A stretch of 27,634 nucleotides of DNA from a bacterium (GCA_049472335.1 JBLIRO010000067.1:1-27634), one strand, 5' to 3'. Positions 8,596 to 18,768 are shown, counted from the first letter of the stretch. Numbers and translations: made by a program. Notes: generated by a model from the letters alone, not told the origin.

Positions 8596-9159
8596 TTAAT
8601 GATTAAATAGATTCATAGCGACACGAGGTCCGTCTTTTATAATGACTTCGACCATTTGATCAGTCTTTTGAATCACGGAAAACAATTTATCTCTCTCAAA
8701 AATAGGACACGGCTCAAGGACATGATCTACAGGGTCCTTATCCGAATCCGGACGTCCTATCCCTATTCGAATGCGCAAAAACAGCTCTGTCCCCAATTGA
8801 TCAATAACGGACTTAATCCCTTTATGTCCTCCGCTACCGCCCTTTTCCCTTATCCTTACTTCAGCAAGCGTCAAATCCATATCATCGTGAACAATAATCA
8901 AGCGTGAAGAACCCATTCCGAAAAAATCCAGGATAGATTTTATAGAAAGACCGCTCAAATTCATGAATGTCTGTGGTTTAGAAAGAATAATCGGGATACG
9001 ACCTATTCGGCCTTCCCCCCACAAGGCCTGGTGGCTTTTGTTAGAAAGGGGTATATTCTTTTGTGCCGAAATATGGTCTATGGCCCAAAAACCTACATTG
9101 TGTCTTGACAGGCGATATTTAGAACCCGGGTTTCCAAGCCCGACTACCAACCAAGGCAC
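8596..9159 (-). CDS. pth: Peptidyl-tRNA hydrolase
   Basis: VGLGNPG, RHNVGF, KPQTFMNLSG, HDDMDL, GGHKG. Confidence 0.96.
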   Translation of the reverse strand: MPWLVVGLGNPGSKYRLSRHNVGFWAIDHISAQKNIPLSNKSHQALWGEGRIGRIPIILSKPQTFMNLSGLSIKSILDFFGMGSSRLIIVHDDMDLTLAEVRIREKGGSGGHKGIKSVIDQLGTELFLRIRIGIGRPDSDKDPVDHVLEPCPIFERDKLFSVIQKTDQMVEVIIKDGPRVAMNLFNH

Positions 9160-9168
9160 ATTAAGGGC

Positions 9169-9828
9169 CTATTCCTCTTCCGCTTCTTCAGAGGATTTTT
9201 GGGTCAAGACTTCGGGTTCCTCTTCAGGCACTTCGGTTACAACCGCTTCTCTGCCCTTTAATTTATGAATAATAGTTAAAACAACCTTATCCGGGTTCTC
9301 GGCAGGCTTTACGCCAGAAGGGAATTCTATATCACGAATATGGACTGCTTCTCCCAATCTAAGATTTGTGACGTCGACCTCAATCTTTTCAGGAAGATTC
9401 TCAGGAAGGCATTCCACCAAAATCTCCCTGGCGACATGATCGAGAAGCCCGCCTTCTTCTTTAACACCTATCGCTTCATTTACAGCTTCTAATGGAACAT
9501 GTACCTCTATGGTCTGATCCATGGAAATCTCAAAAAGATCCACATGAAGCAATGTCCCTTTAACCGGATCAAACTGCATTTCTTTTATTATAACGTTAGA
9601 TACATCCTTGCTCTTTTTGTCTTTGATCTCGATCTTAAAAAGCATATTTTCATGGGCCTCTCCATGAACGATCTTTAAAAAATTATTTGTATTAAAAGAA
9701 ACCGGCAAGGGGCTTTTACGTTTGCCATAGATTATGGCCGGCGTCCAGCCCTGTGCCCTAATCTTTCTGGCGGCTTCTTTGCCTATACCGTCCCTTTTCT
9801 TTGCCTCCAGATTGAATTGAATTGCCAT
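9169..9828 (-). CDS. rplY: 50S ribosomal protein L25 / Ctc
   Basis: GKEAARKIRAQGWTPAIIYG, LHVDL, acidic tail; located between prs and pth. Confidence 0.95.
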   Translation of the reverse strand: MAIQFNLEAKKRDGIGKEAARKIRAQGWTPAIIYGKRKSPLPVSFNTNNFLKIVHGEAHENMLFKIEIKDKKSKDVSNVIIKEMQFDPVKGTLLHVDLFEISMDQTIEVHVPLEAVNEAIGVKEEGGLLDHVAREILVECLPENLPEKIEVDVTNLRLGEAVHIRDIEFPSGVKPAENPDKVVLTIIHKLKGREAVVTEVPEEEPEVLTQKSSEEAEEE

Positions 9829-9861
9829 TTCTGCCTCCCAAAAATGCAGTTTTTTATCTTC

Positions 9862-10797
9862 TCACATAAAAAGGGAACTAACCGATTCATCTATATTAAT
9901 ACGATGTATGGTTTCTCCCACAACGTCTGCCACTGTGTTAACTACTATTTTTTTGCAAGCTCTGCCACTCTCTGAGAGTGGGATTGTATCAGTCACGATC
10001 AATTGTTCTATCTCTGATTGCTCAATTCTTTCTATTGCGCTTCCAGACAAAACCGCATGGGTACAACAAGCATACACCTTTTTCGCCCTGGCCTTCTTTA
10101 ATGCATGGGCCGCCTTTGATAAAGTTCCTGCCGTATCCACAATATCGTCAACAATAAAAACATCCTTATCTTCAACATCTCCAATGATATTCATGACCTC
10201 AGACTGATTAGGAGCATCCCTTCTTTTATCAATAATCGAAAGTGTCGTTTTTAAACGCTTGGCATATGCTCGGGCCCTTTCAACTCCTCCAGCATCCGGG
10301 GACACAATAACCAAATCTTGCGAATTTAGTTTCCTTATATAATCAATCATCACATGGGTACTAAAAAGATTGTCCACCGGAATGTCAAAAAATCCCTGGA
10401 TCTGCCCGGCATGTAAATCCATAGTGAGGAGCCTGTCAGCGCCCGCAGTAGTAATTAAATCCGCCACCAGCTTTGACGATATAGGGACCCTGGGCTGAAC
10501 CTTCCTGTCTTGCCTGGCATATCCATAATATGGAACAACGGCTGTGATCCTGTTCGCGGATGATCTCTTTAAGGCATCGATAATTATAAGTAGCTCCATC
10601 AGGTTATCATTCACTGGCGGACAGGTAGATTGAATCACGAACACATCCGCTCCCCTGACATTTTCATGGATCTGAACAAAGACTTCGCCGTCACTAAAGT
10701 CTTTTACATCACAATTGACAAGATCAAGCCTTAGATATCTTGCAATACCCTGAGCAAGAGACGGATTAGAGTTACCGGCTATAATTTTTAGGTCCAT
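9862..10797 (-). CDS. prs: Ribose-phosphate pyrophosphokinase
   Basis: FSDGE, PYYGYARQDRK, DLHAGQIQGFF, VSPDAGG, DDIVDTAGT. Start adjusted to MDLKII. Confidence 0.97.
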   Translation of the reverse strand: MDLKIIAGNSNPSLAQGIARYLRLDLVNCDVKDFSDGEVFVQIHENVRGADVFVIQSTCPPVNDNLMELLIIIDALKRSSANRITAVVPYYGYARQDRKVQPRVPISSKLVADLITTAGADRLLTMDLHAGQIQGFFDIPVDNLFSTHVMIDYIRKLNSQDLVIVSPDAGGVERARAYAKRLKTTLSIIDKRRDAPNQSEVMNIIGDVEDKDVFIVDDIVDTAGTLSKAAHALKKARAKKVYACCTHAVLSGSAIERIEQSEIEQLIVTDTIPLSESGRACKKIVVNTVADVVGETIHRINIDESVSSLFM

Positions 10798-10953
10798 TTT
10801 GTCTATAATCCATATGTCTATGATGAACTGCAATAAAAACCATTACAAAATATGATAAATCAGTATGCTTAATCAAGATTCTACAATTAAAACCACTATC
10901 TGCTCATGAGTAAAATGTTTGAGCGTTGCCTGTCTTATCTCATCAATCCATGA

Positions 10954-11028
10954 TGGCTGGGGCGGGAGGATTCGAACCTCCGAATGCAGGAGCCAAAGTC
11001 CTGTGACTTACCGCTTGTCGACGCCCCA
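10954..11028 (-). tRNA. tRNA-Gln (anticodon TTG), CCA encoded
   Basis: TGGGGCGTCGACAAGCGGTAAGTCACAGGACTTTGGCTCCTGCATTCGGAGGTTCGAATCCTCCCGCCCCAGCCA forms a cloverleaf. It occupies the canonical position upstream of prs. Confidence 0.97.
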
Positions 11029-11033
11029 GTATG

Positions 11034-11294
11034 CTATGTTCCAGCAGAACTGTTATTATACTTCTGAATTATCCTCTTCTCAAGATTATCCCTCATCTCC
11101 TTGTTCAAAGGATGAGCAATATCTCTGTAAGTTCCGTTTTTTGTCCTTTTATTGGGCATCGCCACAAAAAGACCGTTATTTCCATCAATAATCTTCAAAT
11201 CTCTTACAATAAAGACATTATCAAAAATAACGGTGGCATAGCCTTTTAATCTTTCACCATCCACCCTGAAAACATTGACATCTGTTATCTCCAT
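11034..11294 (-). CDS. spoVG: SpoVG family nucleic-acid-binding protein (86 aa)
   Basis: MEITDVNVF, LKGYATVIFDNVFIVRDLKII, GLFVAMP, YRDIAHPL; GAGG RBS. Confidence 0.93.
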   Translation of the reverse strand: MEITDVNVFRVDGERLKGYATVIFDNVFIVRDLKIIDGNNGLFVAMPNKRTKNGTYRDIAHPLNKEMRDNLEKRIIQKYNNSSAGT

Positions 11295-11425
11295 GTGCCT
11301 CACCATTCTTTGGTAATCCCTCCACAAACAATGGTGTAAAGGGGGTAAAAAAATTAAAAGCAAAAAATGACTTGAAATTAAACAAGTCCTGTGTCTATCC
11401 CCCCCCCCGAAATTTTGTAAAAAGG

Positions 11426-12286
11426 CTACTTAGGAATAGTGCGACATAAAAACACCTCCCAATCTGATATTTTAGAACTAATTATTGACCTCCAAGCCCT
11501 GTGGGCCGGTTTTTGTTCAGAAAAAAGCCCAAAAACCGAAGCCCCACTACCTGACATTAAAGCTCCACATGAGCCTAAAGAGAGCAACTCCCTTTTTATT
11601 TCAGCTAAAACAGGATATTTGGGGAAACATACAGATTCCAGATCATTAAAAAGTGACTTCCCTATCTCTTGATAATTTGCTCCTTCTATAGCAGACTTTA
11701 TTATTTTAATTTTATTCACACTTTTTGTCAATCTTGAATCATATTTTTGATAAGCCCATGCAGTGGAAATGGAAAAATTTGGTTTAACCAGCACAATCCA
11801 AAATGGTGGCAGGGGAGGAGAGGGTTCAATGATGTCTCCTATGCCATACCCAAAAGCTGTTGGACCATTCAAAAAAAAGGGAACGTCCGCACCAAGAGAA
11901 GAAGCTATACTATGGATATCCCTTTCTGAAATGGAAAATTCATAAAGCTTGACGATTCCCATCAGTGTTGCAGCCGCGTCACTGCTTCCTCCTCCCAAAC
12001 CGGCACCTATTGGGATTCGTTTGTTCAAATGGATTTTTACCCCCCCGGGAAAGGACAAAAACTCTAAAAGTCTTGTAGCTGCTTTATGAATCAGGTTTTT
12101 TTCTCCCATATCCAAATCCTTCCGATCCATGCTTAATAATACACCAGAATCGATAGGGCTTAAATACAGCTCATCATAAAGGTCAATAGTCTGGAAAAGC
12201 GTCTCTATATTATGATAACCATCTTCTCTTCGGCAAACGACTTTTAAGGCAAGATTTATTTTTGCGGGGGCATTTATTTTAATCAT
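11426..12286 (-). CDS. ispE: 4-diphosphocytidyl-2-C-methyl-D-erythritol kinase
   Basis: APAKINL, DGYHNIET, IPIGAGLGGGSSDAA, LGADVPFF, MSGSG. Start adjusted to MIKINAP. Confidence 0.96.
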   Translation of the reverse strand: MIKINAPAKINLALKVVCRREDGYHNIETLFQTIDLYDELYLSPIDSGVLLSMDRKDLDMGEKNLIHKAATRLLEFLSFPGGVKIHLNKRIPIGAGLGGGSSDAAATLMGIVKLYEFSISERDIHSIASSLGADVPFFLNGPTAFGYGIGDIIEPSPPLPPFWIVLVKPNFSISTAWAYQKYDSRLTKSVNKIKIIKSAIEGANYQEIGKSLFNDLESVCFPKYPVLAEIKRELLSLGSCGALMSGSGASVFGLFSEQKPAHRAWRSIISSKISDWEVFLCRTIPK

Positions 12287-12294
12287 AGATAATA

Positions 12295-13131
12295 TTAATA
12301 GGCATCCAAATCTTCTAAATTGATTACTTTCCCTTGAAACCAAGCCTCATCGGCTGTGAATGTATCATCCGGAACCGGTTGATTCACCTTTAATGAGATG
12401 AAAGAAATACGCCACTCTTGCCCTTCTGGCCATTGGAAATGAACTACTTTGGGAAGGGTATACCCATCCTGTATTACTAAATCAAAGTATTTTACCAGAA
12501 AATTCTCATCTTTATCCTCTCTTATCCAGGCCATTTCTTCAACAACTGGAAAATCTTTGATCAGCACGCTGGCCTTGAGGCACCCGCCTTGTTCTTCACA
12601 GTCCATACATAAAAGAGGAAAAGCTCCTTCATTTGAAAAAGAACCCGAACATTGAGAGATGTTTTCAGGCAGATTTGATACCAAAGAATCAAAAAGCAGG
12701 GAAAAATCTAATGGCGCTTCCGTTAATTTTTGTATATAACCAGGTTTGTTTGAGCTAAGATAAAGTGTTGATTCATTATAAATATAAAGGTATACAAAAT
12801 CAGGATCAAAAACGATGGAAAAAAAAGGGCTCCTCCATGGTCCCAGTGCCTCTATTCTACCTTTTCCTTTATTGTTAAGGATGAGGAAGGCGTCAAATCC
12901 TTTTTTCTCCTCTTGACTTATAACGTTTATTCTGACCCATGCCTTAATCTGCTCTAAATTTGATCTTCTTTCTTTAGACCATAAAACGATCCTGGATAAA
13001 GTCCATACACCGGAGTTCTTCGATTTAGACTTATATATTGGTAAGGAGGAACTGCATCCAATAATGCAGAACATAAGGCAATATGTTAATGAAATGTTTA
13101 ATAATAACCTGCATCTTTTTTGGAAAGGCAT
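12295..13131 (-). CDS. Lipoprotein, LolB-like / DUF4292-like
   Basis: Lipobox-like IIGC-SSS, predicted beta-rich body, and it occupies the lolB position between the TPR gene and ispE. Confidence 0.6.
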   Translation of the reverse strand: MPFQKRCRLLLNISLTYCLMFCIIGCSSSLPIYKSKSKNSGVWTLSRIVLWSKERRSNLEQIKAWVRINVISQEEKKGFDAFLILNNKGKGRIEALGPWRSPFFSIVFDPDFVYLYIYNESTLYLSSNKPGYIQKLTEAPLDFSLLFDSLVSNLPENISQCSGSFSNEGAFPLLCMDCEEQGGCLKASVLIKDFPVVEEMAWIREDKDENFLVKYFDLVIQDGYTLPKVVHFQWPEGQEWRISFISLKVNQPVPDDTFTADEAWFQGKVINLEDLDAY

Positions 13132-13155
13132 GATTAATAGTGTAGAGTTATAATT

Positions 13156-14994
13156 TTATTCAGGAATAAGATCTATCTTCTTTTGAATAGTCTCTTTTTT
13201 AGGATCCAGTTCTAACGCCTTTTCCCACATCTCTAAAGCCATTGACCAATCCTTTTTATGGGCATAGACATCTCCAAGGTGATCGTAAATGACAGGATCG
13301 TCTTTTATTCTTAATGCCGCTTGTTTCAGATAATCAAGAGCCAAATCAATCTCTCCTTTTTTATAAAAGGCCCAGCCAAGGCTATCCAGATATGCCCCAT
13401 TATTTGGATCTAATTCTAAGGCCTTCTTTACCTGAATGATAGCTTCATCTAAATTGATACTTCTTTCCGCGTACATGTAACCGATATAATTGTAAGCATC
13501 CGCATAGTCAGGATTCAAGTCCAAGGCCTTTTTAAATGCAGAAATCGATTCTTCAAAGCGATCCGCCTTTTCATATACGACACCTAAATAAAAGTGTAAT
13601 TCATCATTATTAGGATCAATTTCAATGCCTTTCTGGATCTCCCCAATCGCTTCGGAATACTGTGATGTCTGATTATAGGCCAAGGCTAGATAGATTCGAA
13701 AATCCACTATCTCAGGTTGAACCTTTATAGCCTCTTTCAACTGGACTATAGCTTCATCTATATTGTTCAGTTTTTGATAGATATAAGCCAGATGTATCCG
13801 GCTTCTTGTGTCCATCGGGTTATCTTCTATTAACTCTTTGAAAATTGCGATTGCCTGATCATTTGCTTCCATCTCTTCATATGCAGTGCCAAGATAAAAC
13901 TTTATCTCATCGTTATCGGGATTTTTCTCCAGGTAACGTCTGAATTGTTCAGCAGCCTCTTCATAGCGCTCCCGTTCAAACAATACTACACCAATCTTGA
14001 AAGCAATATTGCTGTTATTCGGGTCTCTGTCTTGAATCTTTCTGAACTCCTCCAATGCCCCATTTAAATCATTTTTTAAAATATAGATTTTAGCAATTTG
14101 TTCATTATAATGAAGGTCATTAGGTTCAATATCGATCAACTTGTTTATAATTTCCATAGCATCATCATAATTTCCGGTCTTTATATAAATAGATACCATG
14201 GCTTCCAGGGCGGGTTTAAAATCAGCTTTAATCTTTATAGCCTCCTCTAAAAACTTAAGGGCCATATCCCATTTTTCCATTTCTTCATAAGTAAGGGCTA
14301 GATGATATCTTGTCAGATAGGACTCCGGTTTTTTTTCCAAAATTTGTTCATAGACTCGAGCGGCTGCTTCCGGGCTCTCTGTTTCAAGGTATAATTTGCC
14401 CAGCACGGCCAGTGCCTTTATGTTTTCAGGGTCCATTTTAATGATCTTTGTATAAAGAATCTTTGCATCTGAAAACTTTTTCATTTGTATATATATTTGA
14501 CCTAAAATAAGATAAAGCTGAATATTCTCAGGATCCAAAACTATAGCCTCTTCAAGATGAAGAGCCGCCTCCTCCATTAATCCATATCTAGTCAATAACC
14601 GGGCAAGCCTTAGACGAAGATATGGAGATTTAGAATCGTATTTTACGGCTTTCCTGTATTCTTCTATGGCTTCCTCATACCGATTTAATTGAATTGCATT
14701 TTCAGCACGAAGAAAATGATAGTACGCTTCCGAAGAATTCTTGAATTCCGTTTTGGTGGTTTGGGAGGACGAAACCTGCTCCCCGTTCTCCCCTGAAAAA
14801 ACCCCTGCCTCTCCAATATTTATATTGGCAGGCTTATATAGAGTGAAAAGCAATGTCAACAAAACCAAATAAAAGGCAAAATAACCTAAAAAAATGGATT
14901 GAAATTTGTTTTTAAACGATAATAAAGACAGTCTGCATCTTTTTCCTTTACGAAAGGAAATAAAGGACGAAAGATTTTTAAGGATAAGTATCAT
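13156..14994 (-). CDS. Membrane-anchored multi-TPR protein
   Basis: One N-terminal hydrophobic segment followed by many TPRs, including NYIGYMYAE..LDEA..KALELDPNNGAYLDSLGWAFYK. GAGG RBS before ATG 14994. Confidence 0.88.
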   Translation of the reverse strand: MILILKNLSSFISFRKGKRCRLSLLSFKNKFQSIFLGYFAFYLVLLTLLFTLYKPANINIGEAGVFSGENGEQVSSSQTTKTEFKNSSEAYYHFLRAENAIQLNRYEEAIEEYRKAVKYDSKSPYLRLRLARLLTRYGLMEEAALHLEEAIVLDPENIQLYLILGQIYIQMKKFSDAKILYTKIIKMDPENIKALAVLGKLYLETESPEAAARVYEQILEKKPESYLTRYHLALTYEEMEKWDMALKFLEEAIKIKADFKPALEAMVSIYIKTGNYDDAMEIINKLIDIEPNDLHYNEQIAKIYILKNDLNGALEEFRKIQDRDPNNSNIAFKIGVVLFERERYEEAAEQFRRYLEKNPDNDEIKFYLGTAYEEMEANDQAIAIFKELIEDNPMDTRSRIHLAYIYQKLNNIDEAIVQLKEAIKVQPEIVDFRIYLALAYNQTSQYSEAIGEIQKGIEIDPNNDELHFYLGVVYEKADRFEESISAFKKALDLNPDYADAYNYIGYMYAERSINLDEAIIQVKKALELDPNNGAYLDSLGWAFYKKGEIDLALDYLKQAALRIKDDPVIYDHLGDVYAHKKDWSMALEMWEKALELDPKKETIQKKIDLIPE

Positions 14995-15073
14995 TATTTT
15001 CCTCACATTGAAATTTAAGTTAAAAAGCAAAAAATTAGTATATCATAACGTACTAGTTTTATAAAATTTCTTT

Positions 15074-16720
15074 TTATATTTTCTCTTTTAACCAGAGGGC
15101 CCACGGAGGTATATCCTCCTCTTCGATTTTTCTATAAAGGTAAAAATCAGGGCTCAGGTTTATTCTGCTGAAGGCCCTGTTCCAGTTTCCATTTTCCTGA
15201 TATGCTAAAAGGAGTAATTCGCCTATTCTGCGGTCACCCAGGGCTAATAGTCCCTGAATATATGACCATTTTGGCACATCATGGGTACAATAAATCCCCT
15301 TGAGCAACCCTACTTCTTTAGTTATATATCTTATCTTTTTATTAAGAAGCTCCATTTTCTCCATAGGATAAAATTGAAAACGAGTGAGAGGTTTTGGAAC
15401 AAAGCTGTTCACACTTATAGTTATATGTTTTAAGGCACCCCTGCCTTTTGAAATTTGAACGGCATGATGTTTAATCTTTTTTGCCAGTTTAACAATGGCT
15501 TTGATATCTTCTTCTGTTTCATTCGGAAGACCTACCATAAAATAAAGCTTTAAATTAGGAATGTCCCATTTTATTAATTTCTCTATACACTCTATAATCT
15601 TATCATCGGTAATATCTGCCTTGCCAATTGATGATCGTAGCGACTCCCGTCCAGCTTCAGGCGCCAATGTAATGGTTTTAATCCCGCTAATTACTAAAGA
15701 TTCCATTAATCTATCCGAAAGATTATCCAGACGCATGGAACATATAGATATCTTCCCTCCCATGGAAAGAATACCTTCGCAAAGTCCTTCCAAATCTCTA
15801 TAATCGGTAAGAGAAGCCCCAATAAGACCTATTTTTTCTCTATGACTCAACCCCTCCCTTGCAATATTCAATAGTCCCTCCAATTTTCTCCTTCGAAAAG
15901 GCTTATAAATCTTGCTCAAGAGACAAAAATCACACCCCCTGGGGCACCCCCTGGTTACTTCCAAAAGAAACATATTGCCAAATTCGGAGTTATGGGTGTA
16001 AACAGCGGTTGAGGTCTTTAAAAGATCGATATTATTTTCTATCCTGGGTTGTATCCGCTCATATGCATCCTTATGAATAATCAAATCCGAAATTTTTCCT
16101 TGATTATCATAGCGGTAATCATAAAAAACCGGGACATAAACTCCTTCTATATTTAACAATCGGTGTAACAAATCATATTTCTTCTCCCCTGAATCAAACC
16201 AAACATGGTATAGATCCAGAAATTCATTACCTATGCTCTCACCTTCTCCGCAAATAAAACAATCTATAAATTGTGCCATTGGTTCCACATTAAAAAATGT
16301 ACAAGCGCCCCCCATAACAACGATTGGATGCTCCTCGTCCCTTTCTGATGAGTTTAATGGCAGTCCGGCCAAATCCAGAATCTTGAGACAATTCAAATAA
16401 TCATTTTCAAATGAACATGAAAAGGCTAAAATATGGAACTCCCTGACAGGGGTTTGTGACTCGATGCTCAACAAGGGGGTCGAACCATTCCTATAAATCC
16501 GTTCCAAATCGGATCCGGGGAGAAAAACACGCTCGCATAGGGTATCAGGTCTGGAATTGAAAATCTGATACATTGTATGGAAACCAAGATTAGACATCCC
16601 CACATAATAAGTGTTTGGATATGCCAGGGCTACTCTAATCCTTCCCCCAGGGTCCTTTCGAGTGTAACCAGTCTCCTGGGACAAAATTGAACGGTATGCC
16701 TGTATGATTCTTCTGTTCAT
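15074..16720 (-). CDS. B12-binding-domain radical SAM protein
   Basis: YPNTYYVGMSNLGF N-terminus, CPRGCDFC, TLAPEAG, KLYFMVGLPNET. Confidence 0.88.
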   Translation of the reverse strand: MNRRIIQAYRSILSQETGYTRKDPGGRIRVALAYPNTYYVGMSNLGFHTMYQIFNSRPDTLCERVFLPGSDLERIYRNGSTPLLSIESQTPVREFHILAFSCSFENDYLNCLKILDLAGLPLNSSERDEEHPIVVMGGACTFFNVEPMAQFIDCFICGEGESIGNEFLDLYHVWFDSGEKKYDLLHRLLNIEGVYVPVFYDYRYDNQGKISDLIIHKDAYERIQPRIENNIDLLKTSTAVYTHNSEFGNMFLLEVTRGCPRGCDFCLLSKIYKPFRRRKLEGLLNIAREGLSHREKIGLIGASLTDYRDLEGLCEGILSMGGKISICSMRLDNLSDRLMESLVISGIKTITLAPEAGRESLRSSIGKADITDDKIIECIEKLIKWDIPNLKLYFMVGLPNETEEDIKAIVKLAKKIKHHAVQISKGRGALKHITISVNSFVPKPLTRFQFYPMEKMELLNKKIRYITKEVGLLKGIYCTHDVPKWSYIQGLLALGDRRIGELLLLAYQENGNWNRAFSRINLSPDFYLYRKIEEEDIPPWALWLKEKI

Positions 16721-16839
16721 AATTTATTTGCTTATGGGTGAGGAGTGCGGGGATCGAATAATTGAAAAGGGAGGGTTTCCTCTTACAAATTGGGATCACT
16801 GGAAATTAAAGACATTAAAGCAGGGAAAGCGAGGTTATC

Positions 16840-18576
16840 TTAATTCCCTTCTTTTATTTGTATATGGTATCCCTCTCCCTTCAAAATGGTGAAAAGATCT
16901 CCGGCAGGGCTGCCATTTAACCAGTAAGTAGACTCCCAATCTCCCCAAAACGGATCATACCGGTATATGCTGTCGACATAATATCCCTTAAGTTCCGAAA
17001 GAAGCTCATATGATGTATACCCATCAGGGCGTGACGCTATACCTACCAGATTAATCCCCTGGTATAGCTCAAGATAGTAGTCTTCTCCATCATATCGATC
17101 GATGACTTTTTTTGTCATATCTTCATTAGCATAAACAACATATCCCTGACCAATCCTGATTGGGAAATTGTCATCCCCTGTCGGATTCCCGTTTGAATCG
17201 TACCGTGCCGTTATATACTGATCATTCATATTATCATAATATGCAATAGAATCTATTTGGGGATGGCCACCTAATCTTTCCATAAGGTCAAACGCGGAAA
17301 AATTCGGATCACCGTTTTCAAACGGATAGCTTATGAGATTGAAGCCTTCATAAAGGACCATCTCGTATCCCGGATAGATATTGATCACTAAAACATCAGT
17401 GATACTGGGAGATTTCCCATCTGAGAACGTGATATAAACATCATGGGAACCTATATCAGCCTCAATGGTGGTGTAGGTTAAACCATCTTCCCAATATTCC
17501 GACCTCCATCCTGAATAGGAAAAAGTAAGCGGATCTTCATCAGGATCGGTAATAAGAGCATCAGGGTCAAGTGTGATCCCATCGCCCGCTATCACTTCAA
17601 TATAAGAAACATCTAATGCGGGCTCCTTGTTAGGGGGCAGTTCTTCCATATATACCAACACCGATTCCATCCCTGCAATTACTCTTACTTCTTTTTCTGT
17701 ATCTCGGTATCCATCCTTCTTGAAAACAAGGGTATATCTATCGGGAAATAGTTCAATCACAAATCTTCCAGTCTTGCTGGTTTTAACTTTATATCCAGTG
17801 AGGTTGTTTTTTGTTGTGACCGTAACCCCTTCCAATGGCAAATAGGTAAAATCAGCATCAAACACATATCCCACAACATCAATATGCAATGTTATCCCGT
17901 ACGGAAGGGGAGCGGTATATAATACACCACCCGTTCCATAAAAATAGGGGACTATGGCGTTGGCAATATTTTCAGCACTGCTTTTCGTTCCATATGATTG
18001 GGCATATGGGTTAAAACCGCCGGATATCCCATACGGCACTCCATACATACCATATAGACCGCCATACATACCATACAGCCCCCCGGGCATACCAAATAGG
18101 CCGCCATACATACCATACAGGCCACCGGACATACCAAAAAGCCCCCCGGGCATACCAAATAGGCCGCCATACATACCATACAGGCCACCGGACATACCAA
18201 ACATGCCGCCATACATACCGCCGTACATCCCGAAAAGGCCTGAGCCTCCATATATACCTCCACCTGTAATACCTGAATTAGTAGTGCCCAACATTCCGAT
18301 AGATCCGGCTCCACCCATAGAAAGTCCGAGGCCTAAAGGATTTACGAGCCCCAAGCCTCCACCTGCTCCAGCCATATTATAGCTTAAGCCCAGCATCATA
18401 CTGCTTAATCCCAAACCGCCTAAACCACTCAAGCCACCTAATCCAAGGGTTTGGCCTGCCTGCCCTCCAGTCTGAGCCGATACGCAATCTAATCCGATTA
18501 TAGGCGCTAAAAACAAGAGGATAATTATAATGATAAAAGACATAAAAAAGGTTGTTTTCTGTACTTTTAACTTCAT
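16840..18576 (-). CDS. Secreted protein with Gly/Tyr/Met heptad repeats, a carboxypeptidase-regulatory-like domain, an Ig/cadherin-like domain and two C-terminal 'LYxGxNL' repeats
   Basis: GAGG RBS before ATG 18576; signal peptide ending VSA|Q; GGL(Y/F)GM(Y/P/S) repeats; PLEGVTV...GRFVIEL.PDRYTLVFKKDGY; TDPDEDPLTFSY; LYEGFNLISYP and LYQGINLVGI. Confidence 0.85.
   Translation of the reverse strand: MKLKVQKTTFFMSFIIIIILLFLAPIIGLDCVSAQTGGQAGQTLGLGGLSGLGGLGLSSMMLGLSYNMAGAGGGLGLVNPLGLGLSMGGAGSIGMLGTTNSGITGGGIYGGSGLFGMYGGMYGGMFGMSGGLYGMYGGLFGMPGGLFGMSGGLYGMYGGLFGMPGGLYGMYGGLYGMYGVPYGISGGFNPYAQSYGTKSSAENIANAIVPYFYGTGGVLYTAPLPYGITLHIDVVGYVFDADFTYLPLEGVTVTTKNNLTGYKVKTSKTGRFVIELFPDRYTLVFKKDGYRDTEKEVRVIAGMESVLVYMEELPPNKEPALDVSYIEVIAGDGITLDPDALITDPDEDPLTFSYSGWRSEYWEDGLTYTTIEADIGSHDVYITFSDGKSPSITDVLVINIYPGYEMVLYEGFNLISYPFENGDPNFSAFDLMERLGGHPQIDSIAYYDNMNDQYITARYDSNGNPTGDDNFPIRIGQGYVVYANEDMTKKVIDRYDGEDYYLELYQGINLVGIASRPDGYTSYELLSELKGYYVDSIYRYDPFWGDWESTYWLNGSPAGDLFTILKGEGYHIQIKEGN
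18041..18240 (-). repeat. In-frame 21-nt tandem repeat array including a 63-nt-period duplication
   Basis: 18078-18138 is identical to 18141-18201. The array encodes GGLYGMY, GGLFGMP and GGLFGMS units. Confidence 0.92.
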
Positions 18577-18610
18577 CCCATTAACCTCTAAATTATTCAA
18601 TACTTAATCT

Positions 18611-18633
18611 GATTGCAAAGGTTTTTTGCAATC
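18611..18633. promoter_or_regulatory. Inverted repeat (operator or leader hairpin) upstream of the Gly-rich gene
   Basis: GATTGCAAA-N5-TTTGCAATC. Confidence 0.35.
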
Positions 18634-18768
18634 CTTGCAACAGAAAGTAAAAATCTTATTTACTATTTAATTAAATAAAGGCAATTGTGTATAAAAGGAA
18701 AATATAAAGGTTTCCTAATATCAAAATTTAATTTTAAATAAATATATATATACATATCTAATTTTTTT

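Noticed and set aside
18041..18240. Possible CRISPR array
   Set aside because: These are in-frame tandem coding repeats without unique spacers, and no cas genes are in the window.
17952..18382. Pro-rich (+) and Cys-rich (-) repeat ORFs
   Set aside because: They are alternative-frame readings of the Gly-rich repeat. The frame with the signal peptide and RBS is the real one.
15074..18576. Radical SAM enzyme modifying the Gly-rich protein (RiPP-like pair)
   Set aside because: The radical SAM looks like a widespread stand-alone family and heads the housekeeping cluster. The Gly-rich protein is a large Sec-exported multidomain protein. Adjacency is the only evidence.
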